A model generated the notes under the pieces. The model worked only from the letters and a program-made list of their open reading frames with translations. It was not told where the DNA came from and made no database searches. Positions 38,671 to 48,741 of a DNA stretch of 64,000 nucleotides are shown here, in pieces. The first letter of the stretch is position 1. Every line of letters begins with the position of its first letter. Position numbers and translations under genes: made by a program. The stretch spans positions 118,424 to 182,423 of the forward strand of contig CAVWCX010000007.1 of the NCBI GenBank assembly GCA_963753595.1, in the 5' to 3' direction. This DNA is from Candidatus Methanoperedenaceae archaeon (GTDB taxonomy: Archaea > Halobacteriota > Methanosarcinia > Methanosarcinales > Methanoperedenaceae).

Positions 38671-40350
38671 ATGACCAAACCCAAAATGTCTGGTGCGCAC
38701 GCAATAATTGAATCGCTTTCGCATGAAAATGTCGAAGTTATCTTCGGATATCCAGGAGGGTCAGTGCTTCCCCTGTATGATGAATTATACGATGCAAAAA
38801 TAAGACATATCCTTGTAAGACATGAGCAAGCTGCAGCGCATGCTGCTGATGGCTATGCAAGAGCTACTGGTAAAGCGGGAGTCTGTCTTGCCACTTCAGG
38901 ACCCGGGGCTACAAACCTTGTTACAGGTATTGCCACTGCATATATGGATTCTGTGCCCATGATAGCAATTACAGGCCAGGTACAAAGGTCGCTTATAGGT
39001 TATGACGCATTCCAGGAAGCCAATATCACAGGTATTACACTTCCGATCACAAAACACAATTATTTAGTCCAGGACGCACAGGACATACCCCGGATTTTCA
39101 AGGAAGCCTTCTACATTGCCCAGACAGGCCGGCCCGGACCAGTCCTGATCGACGTACCTAAGGATGCTCAAATTGAGATAATAGACTTTGAATATCCGCA
39201 GGAAGTAAAATTGCGCGGTTATAAACCAACCTATGCGGGAAATGAACAGCAGATAAAAAAGGCTGCATCATTGATCGTAAAAGCTGAAAAACCCATATTC
39301 TATGTCGGAGGAGGTATTATTTTCTCAAAGGCCTCTGAAGAATTGAGGACTCTTGCTGAAACCATAATGGCTCCTGTTACAACGACCCTTATGGGTATGA
39401 GCGCTTTTCCCACAGCTCACCCGTTGTCTGTTGGGATGCTGGGAATGCATGGTACAAGATATGCAAATTATGCAATTCAGGAATCTGACCTGATAATCGC
39501 AATTGGGGTACGCTTTGATGACAGGGTGACAGGTAAAATATCTGCATTTGCGCCTAATGCAAAGATAATCCATATTGATATCGACCCGGCTGAGATAAGT
39601 AAAAATGTACGCGTAGATATCCCGATAGTCGGGGATGCCAGGAATGTGCTCAAAAGCCTCATAAAATATGTAAAAATCGAACAGGCAAAGACGGATGCCT
39701 GGATCAAGAAGATAGATGGCTGGAAAAAAGAATATCCACTAACCTATAAGAAGGATAAAATGCTTCGCCCCCAGTTCGTGGTCGAGCAGATATCCGAGAT
39801 TTGTCCTGATGCGATAATCGTTACCGAAGTCGGACAAAACCAGATGTGGGCAGCACAATTCTTTAATTATAAGACGCCAGGGACATTTATATCAAGCGGA
39901 GGGCTTGGCACTATGGGTTACGGCTTCCCCGCAGCCATAGGCGCAAAGGTTGGAAAACCTGAATCCACGGTTATTGATATCTCAGGTGATGGATCGTTCC
40001 AGATGAACTCACAGGAGCTTGCAACAGTTGTCCAGGAAGACATTCCCGTCATCGTTGCAATATTGAACAACGGGTTTCTTGGAATGGTCAGGCAGTGGCA
40101 GGAACTGTTTTTCGACAGGCGGTATTCATCAACATGTCTTGAGAATAGCGTGGATTTCGTGAAACTTGCAGAGGCTTATGGGGCTCTTGGATTGCGTGCA
40201 ACCAGGAAAAGTGAAGTGAAGGATGTTATTGTAGAAGCTGTAGCATCTAAGAGGCCAACAGTTATTGATTTTGTAGTTGAACGGGAAGAAAATGTATCTC
40301 CAATGGTTCCAGCCGGGGCTGCTATCAATGAGATACTGGACCTGGAGTGA
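38671..40350 (+). CDS. ilvB: Acetolactate synthase large subunit
   Basis: [33 protein letters not shown]. Confidence 0.96.
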   Translation: MTKPKMSGAHAIIESLSHENVEVIFGYPGGSVLPLYDELYDAKIRHILVRHEQAAAHAADGYARATGKAGVCLATSGPGATNLVTGIATAYMDSVPMIAITGQVQRSLIGYDAFQEANITGITLPITKHNYLVQDAQDIPRIFKEAFYIAQTGRPGPVLIDVPKDAQIEIIDFEYPQEVKLRGYKPTYAGNEQQIKKAASLIVKAEKPIFYVGGGIIFSKASEELRTLAETIMAPVTTTLMGMSAFPTAHPLSVGMLGMHGTRYANYAIQESDLIIAIGVRFDDRVTGKISAFAPNAKIIHIDIDPAEISKNVRVDIPIVGDARNVLKSLIKYVKIEQAKTDAWIKKIDGWKKEYPLTYKKDKMLRPQFVVEQISEICPDAIIVTEVGQNQMWAAQFFNYKTPGTFISSGGLGTMGYGFPAAIGAKVGKPESTVIDISGDGSFQMNSQELATVVQEDIPVIVAILNNGFLGMVRQWQELFFDRRYSSTCLENSVDFVKLAEAYGALGLRATRKSEVKDVIVEAVASKRPTVIDFVVEREENVSPMVPAGAAINEILDLE

Positions 40351-40355
40351 TCAAA

Positions 40356-40856
40356 ATGAAACATACGCTTGCCATACTTGTGGAAAACAGACCCGGAGTC
40401 TTAACCAGGGTCGCAGGTTTATTCTCAAGGAGAGGTTTTAATATCGAAAGCCTGGCTGTTGGTGTTACAGAAAACAAGGATATTTCGCGTATTACAATTC
40501 TTGTAAGCGGAGATGACAATGTCCTTGAACAGGTCGAAAAACAGCTGAATAAACTTATTGATGTTATAAGGGTAAGTGACATCCCGGCAGAGGAATCAGT
40601 AAACAGGGAACTTGCACTCATTAAAGTCGGGGTAGATACAACAACCCGCGCTGAAGTAATGCAGATAGTGGATATCTTCAGGGCTAAAATCGTTGATGTG
40701 GGAATTAAATCGCTTGTTATTGAAGTGACAGGAGATGAGAGCAAGATCAATGCCATTGAGCAACTGCTTCGACAGTTCGGGATAAAAGAAATGGTCAGGA
40801 CAGGTAAGATCGCGATGAACCGAGGGGCAAAAGTTGTCCAGAGTGAAAAACGGTAG
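40356..40856 (+). CDS. ilvN: Acetolactate synthase small subunit
   Basis: [29 protein letters not shown] domain. Confidence 0.96.
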   Translation: MKHTLAILVENRPGVLTRVAGLFSRRGFNIESLAVGVTENKDISRITILVSGDDNVLEQVEKQLNKLIDVIRVSDIPAEESVNRELALIKVGVDTTTRAEVMQIVDIFRAKIVDVGIKSLVIEVTGDESKINAIEQLLRQFGIKEMVRTGKIAMNRGAKVVQSEKR

Positions 40857-40881
40857 GAGCCATTAACTAAATTGGGGTGTT

Positions 40882-41397
40882 TCAAATCCTCCATGTTTCC
40901 CACATTACGATCTCATCGAAACCTTTTCGTGGTGTTGGCTGCGGGATATCCGCGGGATATCCAAGAGATAGAAGCGTAACCACTCGAATTTCATCAGGGA
41001 CATTTAATATTTCCTTGACCTTTTTTTCATCGAATGCACCAATCCAGCATGTTCCAAGTCCTTCTTCAACTGCTGTAAGTGTCATGTGATCAACAGCGAT
41101 AGCAGTGTCAATGGGATAAGCAAGCTGGCCGCAGGCCATTACATAATCTTTTTGGACAGAACAGGCGGCAATAACTACAGGCGCCTGGGCCAAAAATTTC
41201 TGGTTTCTTGCAGCTTCTGAAAGAGCTTTTCTGGTGCTTGCATCTTTTATTATAATAAACCTGCGCTCCTGGCGGTTTGAAGCTGAGGGTGAAAGTCTTC
41301 CTGATTCAAGTACCTTCATCAATTTTTCCTCTTCCACCTCGCGGGGTTCATACTCCCGGATACTTCGTCTGGTTCTTATTGCTGTTTTCACATCCAT
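40882..41397 (-). CDS. Nitroreductase-family protein
   Basis: RRSIR, SPSASNRQ, GLGTCWIG. Confidence 0.92.
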   Translation of the reverse strand: MDVKTAIRTRRSIREYEPREVEEEKLMKVLESGRLSPSASNRQERRFIIIKDASTRKALSEAARNQKFLAQAPVVIAACSVQKDYVMACGQLAYPIDTAIAVDHMTLTAVEEGLGTCWIGAFDEKKVKEILNVPDEIRVVTLLSLGYPADIPQPTPRKGFDEIVMWETWRI

Positions 41398-41435
41398 AAA
41401 TCTTCACTCCTTTATTTTTTTAAATTTTGTTGATA

Positions 41436-41454
41436 TATGATATCAAATATCATA
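41436..41454. promoter_or_regulatory. Inverted repeat upstream of nitroreductase, candidate operator
   Basis: TATGATAT-caa-ATATCATA. Confidence 0.3.
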
Positions 41455-41586
41455 ATATTATCATCCATATATAAATAAAATAGCTGACTTGCCAGGAGCT
41501 TATTATAATGTCATCGTTTGATCGTTTATATTGATCTCATCCACCGCGCCCCATTCCGTGTGACACCCACTCATCTATCTATAAAT

Positions 41587-41793
41587 TCAATTATCAGTTA
41601 TCAGGAATTCCAATCCTGGTTTTGTAATTTTTACTTTTCCTTCATTTAATTCGATCAGCCCGAATTCATTCAAAAATTTGAAAATAGCTGTGTCTGAAAG
41701 CATTAGCTTATCCCTGATAGTTTTGATATCCACTATATCCCCATATTTCAATATTTCGAGAATTGAATCTATATTCTCTCCGAATTTTGACAT
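41587..41793 (-). CDS. Small winged-helix DNA-binding protein
   Basis: ILEILK...FLNEFGLIELNEGKVKITKPGLEFL wing pattern. Confidence 0.7.
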   Translation of the reverse strand: MSKFGENIDSILEILKYGDIVDIKTIRDKLMLSDTAIFKFLNEFGLIELNEGKVKITKPGLEFLITDN

Positions 41794-41958
41794 AAGTCTT
41801 ATATTATATGAACTTTCTTATATATCATTAGGGAACAAAGTTCCTTAACTATTTTTCTTAATATAATTTATAAACTATATTTAGTGTTATTTTATATTGG
41901 CTACCGTCATTGTAATAATTGCCCTACAGGGGTCAAAATAAAGGAGACACGAAATATA

Positions 41959-42048
41959 ATGAAAAACCAGAAAGATCAAAAACAGAGAAAAGATGAAGAA
42001 AAAGTAGCAGAAGAAATTTTTAAGAGAGTAGTTCTCGGTGCGGGTTAA
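41959..42048 (+). CDS. 29-aa peptide upstream of UbiA prenyltransferase
   Basis: Manual: MKNQKDQKQRKDEEKVAEEIFKRVVLGAG; AAGGAGA upstream; ends 24 bp before the UbiA start. Confidence 0.6.
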   Translation: MKNQKDQKQRKDEEKVAEEIFKRVVLGAG

Positions 42049-42072
42049 AAATCATAAACATGTAAAAAAATT

Positions 42073-42960
42073 GTGGAGTTGTTAAGACTTTGTAACACTC
42101 CAGCTTCAATTATTTCACCCTATCCATTCTTTGCGATAGCGATTTTTTTAATATCGCATAATAATTTTACTTATAATATAAATTTTCTATTTCTAGGAAT
42201 AATTGTAACACTTCTATCTAATTATGCATCTAACTTATGGAACCATTGCAATGATCTGAAGGAAGATATTGCACAGGGGAAAAAAACCATTTTGACACAA
42301 GATATTTCAATACAGAAAATAGCTATTATTTTTTCGGTCATGCTATATGCTATTTCCATATTAATCGTATATAAAATTTCCGTGGAAGTTTCAAGACCTA
42401 TTTATATATATTTTCTGATATGGGCGATAGCAACCTGGTGTTATTCAGATAATTTGATACTAAAAAAAATTACTGGCTTTAGATTAAAAGAACATTATAT
42501 TGGGGAATTTATAACTTATGGAATTGCCTGGCCAATGTACACTTTAAGTACATGGTTAATATATACAGATATAACCAAGAGTGGGAAAATAGTTATAACC
42601 GCTTTTTTTTTCTTTAGTATATCTCTATTGTTATTAAAAGATTTAAAGGATATTTCAGGAGACAGGAAAGCTGGTTTGAATACTTTTGGTGTGGTTTTTT
42701 CCCCTTCAAAATTGATAAAATATTCATGTTATTTGATGGTTATTTATTATTTAATTGTTCTAAATCCGATCACTTTGGATTATTTTAACCATGGTATTTT
42801 GATCATGATAATTCCATTTGCTTATTTCATGAAATATACTTTTTTGCACATGCAAAAAAAAAATTGGACTTTGGAAGCAGGAGATTTAAAAGCACTAAAA
42901 TCTCTTGGCTATTCTGTATATGCATCAATATTTTTTCTGGGATTTAGCACAATTCTTTAG
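42073..42960 (+). CDS. UbiA-family intramembrane prenyltransferase
   Basis: Multi-TM; Asp-rich motifs NHCNDLKEDIAQGK and KDLKDISGDRKAGLNT. Confidence 0.85.
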   Translation: MELLRLCNTPASIISPYPFFAIAIFLISHNNFTYNINFLFLGIIVTLLSNYASNLWNHCNDLKEDIAQGKKTILTQDISIQKIAIIFSVMLYAISILIVYKISVEVSRPIYIYFLIWAIATWCYSDNLILKKITGFRLKEHYIGEFITYGIAWPMYTLSTWLIYTDITKSGKIVITAFFFFSISLLLLKDLKDISGDRKAGLNTFGVVFSPSKLIKYSCYLMVIYYLIVLNPITLDYFNHGILIMIIPFAYFMKYTFLHMQKKNWTLEAGDLKALKSLGYSVYASIFFLGFSTIL

Positions 42961-44327
42961 ATTTCTAAAGAGGCATTTGTGCCAGCACTTGAAAAGAATA
43001 TCTTTTTTCCTGATTCCGAAAAATAATTCCTTAACTGGAGTTCTAATGGGATATATGCAGATGGAGCAAACGATAATATCCCAAAATAATCGTTTCCTAA
43101 CAATTGTTTGACTTTATCTTTGTATTCATAAACTTTCTCTCCAAAGGCTGTTGTCACACCTACATCCACAAAGAAAAAAACAAATCTATCATCATATTTT
43201 TTATGAGTTAAAGAGGATATGAAAGATTCGAACTTATCTTCGATTATTTCATATACAAGAGTAACATCCTCTGAATAATCAGATAAATCGGCAAAAAATG
43301 GAAATAGCTCAAAGGGATAATATGACCCAATTCCAAGCAGGAAAACTCCGTTTGTTTTTTTATTAAAAAATAAAAGTTCATATGGAATATACAACTTATA
43401 TTCCCCCCTTTCAAGTTTCTCTAACAAATCTTCTTTCTTTTTTTCAGCAGCATATATTAAATTTTCCACTGCCTCTACCGGAGCCATACCATCCAGTGAT
43501 ATCAAAATATTCTTTTCAAAGATCGCTTTGAATTCTTTGATGATTGTAAATTCTTTATTGACATTTCGCCTGGTTTCTTCCATTGTTTTTCCTTTTTCAG
43601 AAAAAATATCGTCATAAATTGCGTTGACATCTTGTTTTTCAATTACCAGAGCTGCGATCCCACTTCCAATATCCTTAAAATTACAGAATATGCTTGGGGA
43701 ATTGATCCTGACCTGCGTATGCATTACGTTTACACCAATTATAGGAACACTGTAACCAGTTTGCTTTGCAAAAATTTCAAGTATTGTCGGGGGCAGGTAA
43801 AAAATGTTATCTTTATCACAATATTGTGCAAATTTCCTTGCATTTTCTTTCTGGTTTTCGATAGTTGCTCCTTTGCATAGTTTACTATAATAATACCCTT
43901 TTGCAAAAAACTCAGCTGATTTAAGTACGCTTGGTACCCTGACAAGAGGAAAATGCAACACTACACATCCATTATTACATTTTATCATACTGGCAAGTTT
44001 TTCTGCCGATTTTACCACTCCTTTCTCAGCGACACCTTTTACACTTATCCGGGCATCGTCATCTTTGCAAAGGACAAGTGCTGCCCCATCTGTACGCATA
44101 TCATCAGGAAATATCATACCATCTACTGAAGCCCCAATTTGCGGTATTTCGCCGAACTCAGTATGAAAAATATCCAGCATAGATTGGTATTTGCCATTGT
44201 ATTTTAATGTTGCATAAAATAAAATAAGACTTGGATTAAAATCCTTTCTCAAACGGGCTTTTTCAATAAGGTCATTGGCAGCTTGAACATGATCTTTCTT
44301 ATTTGTGAAAAATGTGATTGATTTCGT
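42957..44327 (-). CDS. FIST-domain sensory protein (stand-alone), probable ACG start
   Basis: PSLILFYAT..Y..ML, PQIGASVDGMI, LISLDGMAPVEA; frame stays open 25 codons beyond the ORF-track start to an ACG 5 nt after AAGGTG. Confidence 0.7.
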   Translation of the reverse strand, partial: TKSITFFTNKKDHVQAANDLIEKARLRKDFNPSLILFYATLKYNGKYQSMLDIFHTEFGEIPQIGASVDGMIFPDDMRTDGAALVLCKDDDARISVKGVAEKGVVKSAEKLASMIKCNNGCVVLHFPLVRVPSVLKSAEFFAKGYYYSKLCKGATIENQKENARKFAQYCDKDNIFYLPPTILEIFAKQTGYSVPIIGVNVMHTQVRINSPSIFCNFKDIGSGIAALVIEKQDVNAIYDDIFSEKGKTMEETRRNVNKEFTIIKEFKAIFEKNILISLDGMAPVEAVENLIYAAEKKKEDLLEKLERGEYKLYIPYELLFFNKKTNGVFLLGIGSYYPFELFPFFADLSDYSEDVTLVYEIIEDKFESFISSLTHKKYDDRFVFFFVDVGVTTAFGEKVYEYKDKVKQLLGNDYFGILSFAPSAYIPLELQLRNYFSESGKKIFFSSAGTNASLEI

Positions 44328-44336
44328 TCTAACACC

Positions 44337-44690
44337 TTATGCCACACATGCTTCTATGATCTTTGTCGCACGCAGGGCTTCAAGCGAGATGAGCTGCTGG
44401 TTTGCCTCTGCTTTTGCAATAGTTACAAGAACAGTAGATCTTGAAGACGGAGCGATCAGGATGCGGCTGTTCCTGAAATAAAAAATAGTTTCCTTCAAAC
44501 CTTCCCGGTTCATTTCCCCGAGTACCCGTTTTATGTGCTTCTGAAGCCAGAACATAGTTTCCAGAAGTTGCTCCCTGTAACCAGGGACCCTTATTGTTAT
44601 GGGCACCCCGTCTATCCTGTAAAGCATACAGGCTTCAATTCCCTCTATATCATAAAGTTGATCAAGAGTATCTTCAAGTTCTAATTTCAT
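44337..44690 (-). CDS. Roadblock/LC7-domain protein
   Basis: LEDTLDQLYDIEGIEACMLYRIDGVPI; overlaps the KaiC 3' end; start set at MKLELE. Confidence 0.82.
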   Translation of the reverse strand: MKLELEDTLDQLYDIEGIEACMLYRIDGVPITIRVPGYREQLLETMFWLQKHIKRVLGEMNREGLKETIFYFRNSRILIAPSSRSTVLVTIAKAEANQQLISLEALRATKIIEACVA

Positions 44691-45606
44691 TGCTCTTTGT
44701 CTCTTCTTCCAGTATAAGTTCAAGAATTTGTTGCGGATCTTCATCGTGAACCCAGTTTTTCCGCAGGGATTCGATCTTTGCCGCTAATTTTTCACCCAGA
44801 TTTCCCAAAGATCTTGTTTTCTCTAAAGCATCTTTAAATCTAGCATCGAATTTTGTTTTTGGCGTTACCCGGTCGATCTGTTTTTTCGAAGCCCTCAGGA
44901 CTAATCCTATTCCTGTTTCTATTGAATAAGGATACATACCCTCACCATGTTTTGATCCCCTGTGTTTCATTATCCTGATGGTCCTGTCATACAGTTCCCC
45001 AAAACCAAGATTCTGCATGAACAAAACAGTATCTGATAAATACAAGGGTGTAGATAAAAAACCGTTCATATGCGAAATATCGCCAGGATTTCCAGTAGTT
45101 GCGTTATCCACAGGCTCTTCCAGAACTACAACTGTGGTTCCAATGGTCCGCAGGTCCTGGAATATTGTGCTGATCGATTTTCTTTTCTCTTTATCGGAAT
45201 AAAATGTAGGATATGTAAAAGGATCAATTACTATTCTAGGATCCTGTCCGGGATTTGATTTCTTTATGATCTCTGTAATATCAAGACTTGGGAACTCGAG
45301 GTCTTCTCCAAAAATATGGATTATTTTCAGATCCCCCCTCTCTACATAATCATTAATGGCTCCCCATCCCATGTCATTACAATCACGGATGATCTGTTTC
45401 TCTGACATCTCAAAGGAAACATAAATAACTTTTTCCCCGCGATCCAGGCCAAAAAGTGAGTATTGCAGCGCGAAGGTTGTTTTACCAACACCCGGCCCAC
45501 CATAAATTGAATTGATAGTATTTTTCCTGAAGCCTCCATCCATCAGTTCATCCAGGCCATATACACCTGTTAAGATCCTATCCGTTTTCATATTATGCCT
45601 CATCAT
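44674..45606 (-). CDS. KaiC/RAD55-family ATPase with C-terminal extension
   Basis: TGVYGLDELMDGG, GGPGVGKTT, VSFE, RIVIDP, IMKHRGSKH; start may be 45591. Confidence 0.92.
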   Translation of the reverse strand: MMRHNMKTDRILTGVYGLDELMDGGFRKNTINSIYGGPGVGKTTFALQYSLFGLDRGEKVIYVSFEMSEKQIIRDCNDMGWGAINDYVERGDLKIIHIFGEDLEFPSLDITEIIKKSNPGQDPRIVIDPFTYPTFYSDKEKRKSISTIFQDLRTIGTTVVVLEEPVDNATTGNPGDISHMNGFLSTPLYLSDTVLFMQNLGFGELYDRTIRIMKHRGSKHGEGMYPYSIETGIGLVLRASKKQIDRVTPKTKFDARFKDALEKTRSLGNLGEKLAAKIESLRKNWVHDEDPQQILELILEEETKSNEIRT

Positions 45607-45703
45607 TATAATGTCATGTAGTATGCCCTGAATATTATTTATAGTTTAGTGTTGGAAAAAAATTTATACAGACGAAAAATCGCTCCATAATCCGATAAAT
45701 AGA

Positions 45704-47692
45704 TTATTGAATTGTATGTGACCTGGAAAACTGCCCTGCTTTTTCAGGTCGCAAATCGGGCAATATCCTGTCAAAATATTTGACCACTACGCATGATCCA
45801 GTACATTTACCGCATCTGGTGCAAACTTTCCCGATAGTAAGGTGTGGTTCCAGAACAATTGCATTTACAGGGCAAACTTTCAAACATACTCCGCACTTTG
45901 TGCATTTTTTCGCCCTGATCAATTGTTTTGCCATATTTTCAAAAAGAGATAAAGCCTCTTCATTCCCCGGCGCATTAACAGATATATGTCCCGACGAGAA
46001 TATCTTGATATTTCCTTCTTTAATATTTCCACCTTTAACATTTATCAACAATACACCAAGTTCTTCTGAAAAAACATTTTCGCCCAGGATATTTGCGATA
46101 TTTTGCGCGTCCCGGGGAATAAGCCCCGTGATCCTTCCTTCCATTGTGTATCCGCCTGTCTTGCACGGCGAAATCCCGCCTGTCACTGTGATCCCGAACT
46201 CTTCTTTCTTAGGTTCCAATTTCGTATTTATTTTGAGTTCTTCGGCAAGACGGATCATTTTTGGAGGAAGAGTTTTCCAGCGCCAGAACCCATGCCTGAC
46301 AAACGCTTCATCCAGGCCGTATTCTTTAGCCCAATTCAAAAGATATTCGTTCCAGCGTGTAAAAAGCTCAGGATGCAGCTGGCCAAACCTGTAATATTCA
46401 GCACTAAGTTCCGCCGGGCAAAGCCAGCACCCCACGCGCTCAAAACCTTCATCATAGAGAGGATTATATTCAAGTTTACGATAAAAAATGTAAAGCCATA
46501 CTTCGATGGCGCGCCAGTTGCGGATCGGGAACACGCTCACCTGGCCGGGAATGAACGGGTTTTCTTCTTTTGGAGCTATCCGGGAGCGAGTGAATGATTC
46601 ATATCTTCTTTTGCCATCAATTGTAAGGCATTTTTGTCCTGTGCGGGTGCACTCTTCTATCACTGAATTAATAGGCGCAAGTTTGCATACTTTGCAGCAC
46701 CACCTGAAATCCTTTGCAGGAGGCCCGAAACTCGGAAGATTCTCCCAGAAAGCCTCCTGGACTTTGACCTCAATGAGCTCTATATCGTTTTCTTCACAAA
46801 ATCTTCGCGCGAATTCAACAGTTTCCGGGAACTCAATACCGGTATTTGCAAAGAACACTTTTATTGGCTTTTTCACAGCGCTGCGGGTAAGGTCAAGCGT
46901 GGTCAGGCTGTCTTTTCCCCCTGAAAAAGAAACATAGACTGGTGTTTCCCTGAACTCTTTCTGGTTTGCGATTCCCCTGATGGTATTTACCGCATCTTTC
47001 ACAAGTTGTTTCATGTGAGGCGCATTTGCCCGGATGACATCTTCAAGCCCCGGTTTTCCCGGCAAAAAAGTTACTTTTCCCGATCCAATTTTTTTTATCT
47101 TTAAGGATTGGCCGGGGGTCTTTAACTCTCCACTGTCCCTGTATGCTATCCCGAAGCCGCAAAGGTTCCTGCCTGTTACAAGTACGGTATCCCCTATTAT
47201 GATATCGCCAGAACATTCAATAACCTGCGTTCCATCTATGTTTTTCCCGCTAAGGTGCCTCCCGCCGGATGAGATTTTTATACGTTTTTTACTTATTCCA
47301 GAATCAATAAGCGCACACGCTCCATCGACCATCAGGTCAAGCTTGAAGGCAAGCTCTTTCATATCGAATCTCAATATCCCGAAATGAAGCCCGTCCACTA
47401 TTATTTCATCGGTTTTATCTTCACCAGGGATCTTATTCAAAAGGATAAGTTTTTCAGCAATGGGATTTTCACCAAAGGATTTCAAGACCAGTTCATTTAT
47501 TATGTTTTTTTCATAAGGTGACGCAAAACGAACATCTCCTGGCGGGGATAGATCGACATTTTGGCCTTTTTCCCTGCATATCCCGCATAGAGCTTCCAGT
47601 AAGGGGATATTGCATTTATGGCACCAGAAAAGGTGACTTTCTTCAAGTTCAAATGAGGTGTTTGGATTTTGTTTTTGTTTAATAAAATGCAT
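45704..47692 (-). CDS. PAPS-reductase-family PP-loop protein with PUA and ferredoxin domains
   Basis: SFSGGKDS, RWCCKVCK, RVGCWLCP, two CxxCxxC motifs. Confidence 0.9.
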   Translation of the reverse strand: MHFIKQKQNPNTSFELEESHLFWCHKCNIPLLEALCGICREKGQNVDLSPPGDVRFASPYEKNIINELVLKSFGENPIAEKLILLNKIPGEDKTDEIIVDGLHFGILRFDMKELAFKLDLMVDGACALIDSGISKKRIKISSGGRHLSGKNIDGTQVIECSGDIIIGDTVLVTGRNLCGFGIAYRDSGELKTPGQSLKIKKIGSGKVTFLPGKPGLEDVIRANAPHMKQLVKDAVNTIRGIANQKEFRETPVYVSFSGGKDSLTTLDLTRSAVKKPIKVFFANTGIEFPETVEFARRFCEENDIELIEVKVQEAFWENLPSFGPPAKDFRWCCKVCKLAPINSVIEECTRTGQKCLTIDGKRRYESFTRSRIAPKEENPFIPGQVSVFPIRNWRAIEVWLYIFYRKLEYNPLYDEGFERVGCWLCPAELSAEYYRFGQLHPELFTRWNEYLLNWAKEYGLDEAFVRHGFWRWKTLPPKMIRLAEELKINTKLEPKKEEFGITVTGGISPCKTGGYTMEGRITGLIPRDAQNIANILGENVFSEELGVLLINVKGGNIKEGNIKIFSSGHISVNAPGNEEALSLFENMAKQLIRAKKCTKCGVCLKVCPVNAIVLEPHLTIGKVCTRCGKCTGSCVVVKYFDRILPDLRPEKAGQFSRSHTIQ

Positions 47693-47757
47693 TTTATTAG
47701 CCGCAAAATGGTTTCATAGTAATATAACAAAATGCTTTATTAAATGTTGGTATGCAC

Positions 47758-48555
47758 TCACCTTCTTCTATTCCTTCTCCCCTGTGTTATCCCCAGCTTC
47801 CTGATGTTTCCTATCGTTCCAAGATTTGTCCCATCAAGCAAATAGGCGATCGCATTTTCAAGATCGATCGCATGGTTGGCAAAAACCGGTCCAAGCAAAT
47901 CCTCACGAATGGACTCATTGAACGGTATCCCTCCGCACAATTCGTTAAAAGCAGGCATAATAAGTACTTCAGGGTCCATCCACTCAATATCCCCATAATG
48001 ATCTCGAATGGATCTCTCAACAAAATGCGTCCGTATCCACACTTTTTCCGAAACAGCATGCCCCAGCGAATCAGTGAGTCTCACTGTGGGATGGTTATGG
48101 GACATCACAACATGCTTTGCTGATAATAATTCAGCATCAGGCCATGTATGGCCGTGGAAATATCCGGCGCCGTCAAGCACAAACCCCCGCATCCCGTGCA
48201 CTGTGACATTTCCGGTGATCAGCTCCTCAATATCCCCGTCATGATTCCCTGGCACGATATCAACAGGCGCATAAGCTGCGATCGTTTCAAGAAAATCGGG
48301 GACTTCTTTTTTTTCCTGCCATGAAGTCCTGGGCACATTGTGTTTTATGTCGCCAAGAAGTACGATCCTGTCCGGCTTCATATTTTCAAGATACTCACAA
48401 ACCCGCTTCTTTCTTTTTTCAACCTGGCTGGGAATAGAAAACCCCTTATGATAAAGCTCCCATTCGATGCCAAGATGAACATCCGCGATCACAAGAACTT
48501 TTATAGTATTCTCGACGAAAAGTGCGGGTTCATTCAAAACAGGGGTTACTGTCAT
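47758..48555 (-). CDS. Calcineurin-like metallophosphoesterase
   Basis: ADVHLG, LGDIKH, PGNHDG, HGH, HNHP, MPAFN. Confidence 0.9.
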   Translation of the reverse strand: MTVTPVLNEPALFVENTIKVLVIADVHLGIEWELYHKGFSIPSQVEKRKKRVCEYLENMKPDRIVLLGDIKHNVPRTSWQEKKEVPDFLETIAAYAPVDIVPGNHDGDIEELITGNVTVHGMRGFVLDGAGYFHGHTWPDAELLSAKHVVMSHNHPTVRLTDSLGHAVSEKVWIRTHFVERSIRDHYGDIEWMDPEVLIMPAFNELCGGIPFNESIREDLLGPVFANHAIDLENAIAYLLDGTNLGTIGNIRKLGITQGRRNRRR

Positions 48556-48741
48556 TTATTATATACCATTATTTGACATAATTGATTGATATTCCGGATG
48601 AACGTATATTATTGTAATACATATATCAGTATCTCTGAAACAAAATTGTCATTTTGAAAATATTTTCTCCTTGAATTAAATGGCTGCAAAGCGCAAAGAA
48701 TTTATAGTGTGAGTACCTTCTTTCCCAAGGGAGGTATTTGA

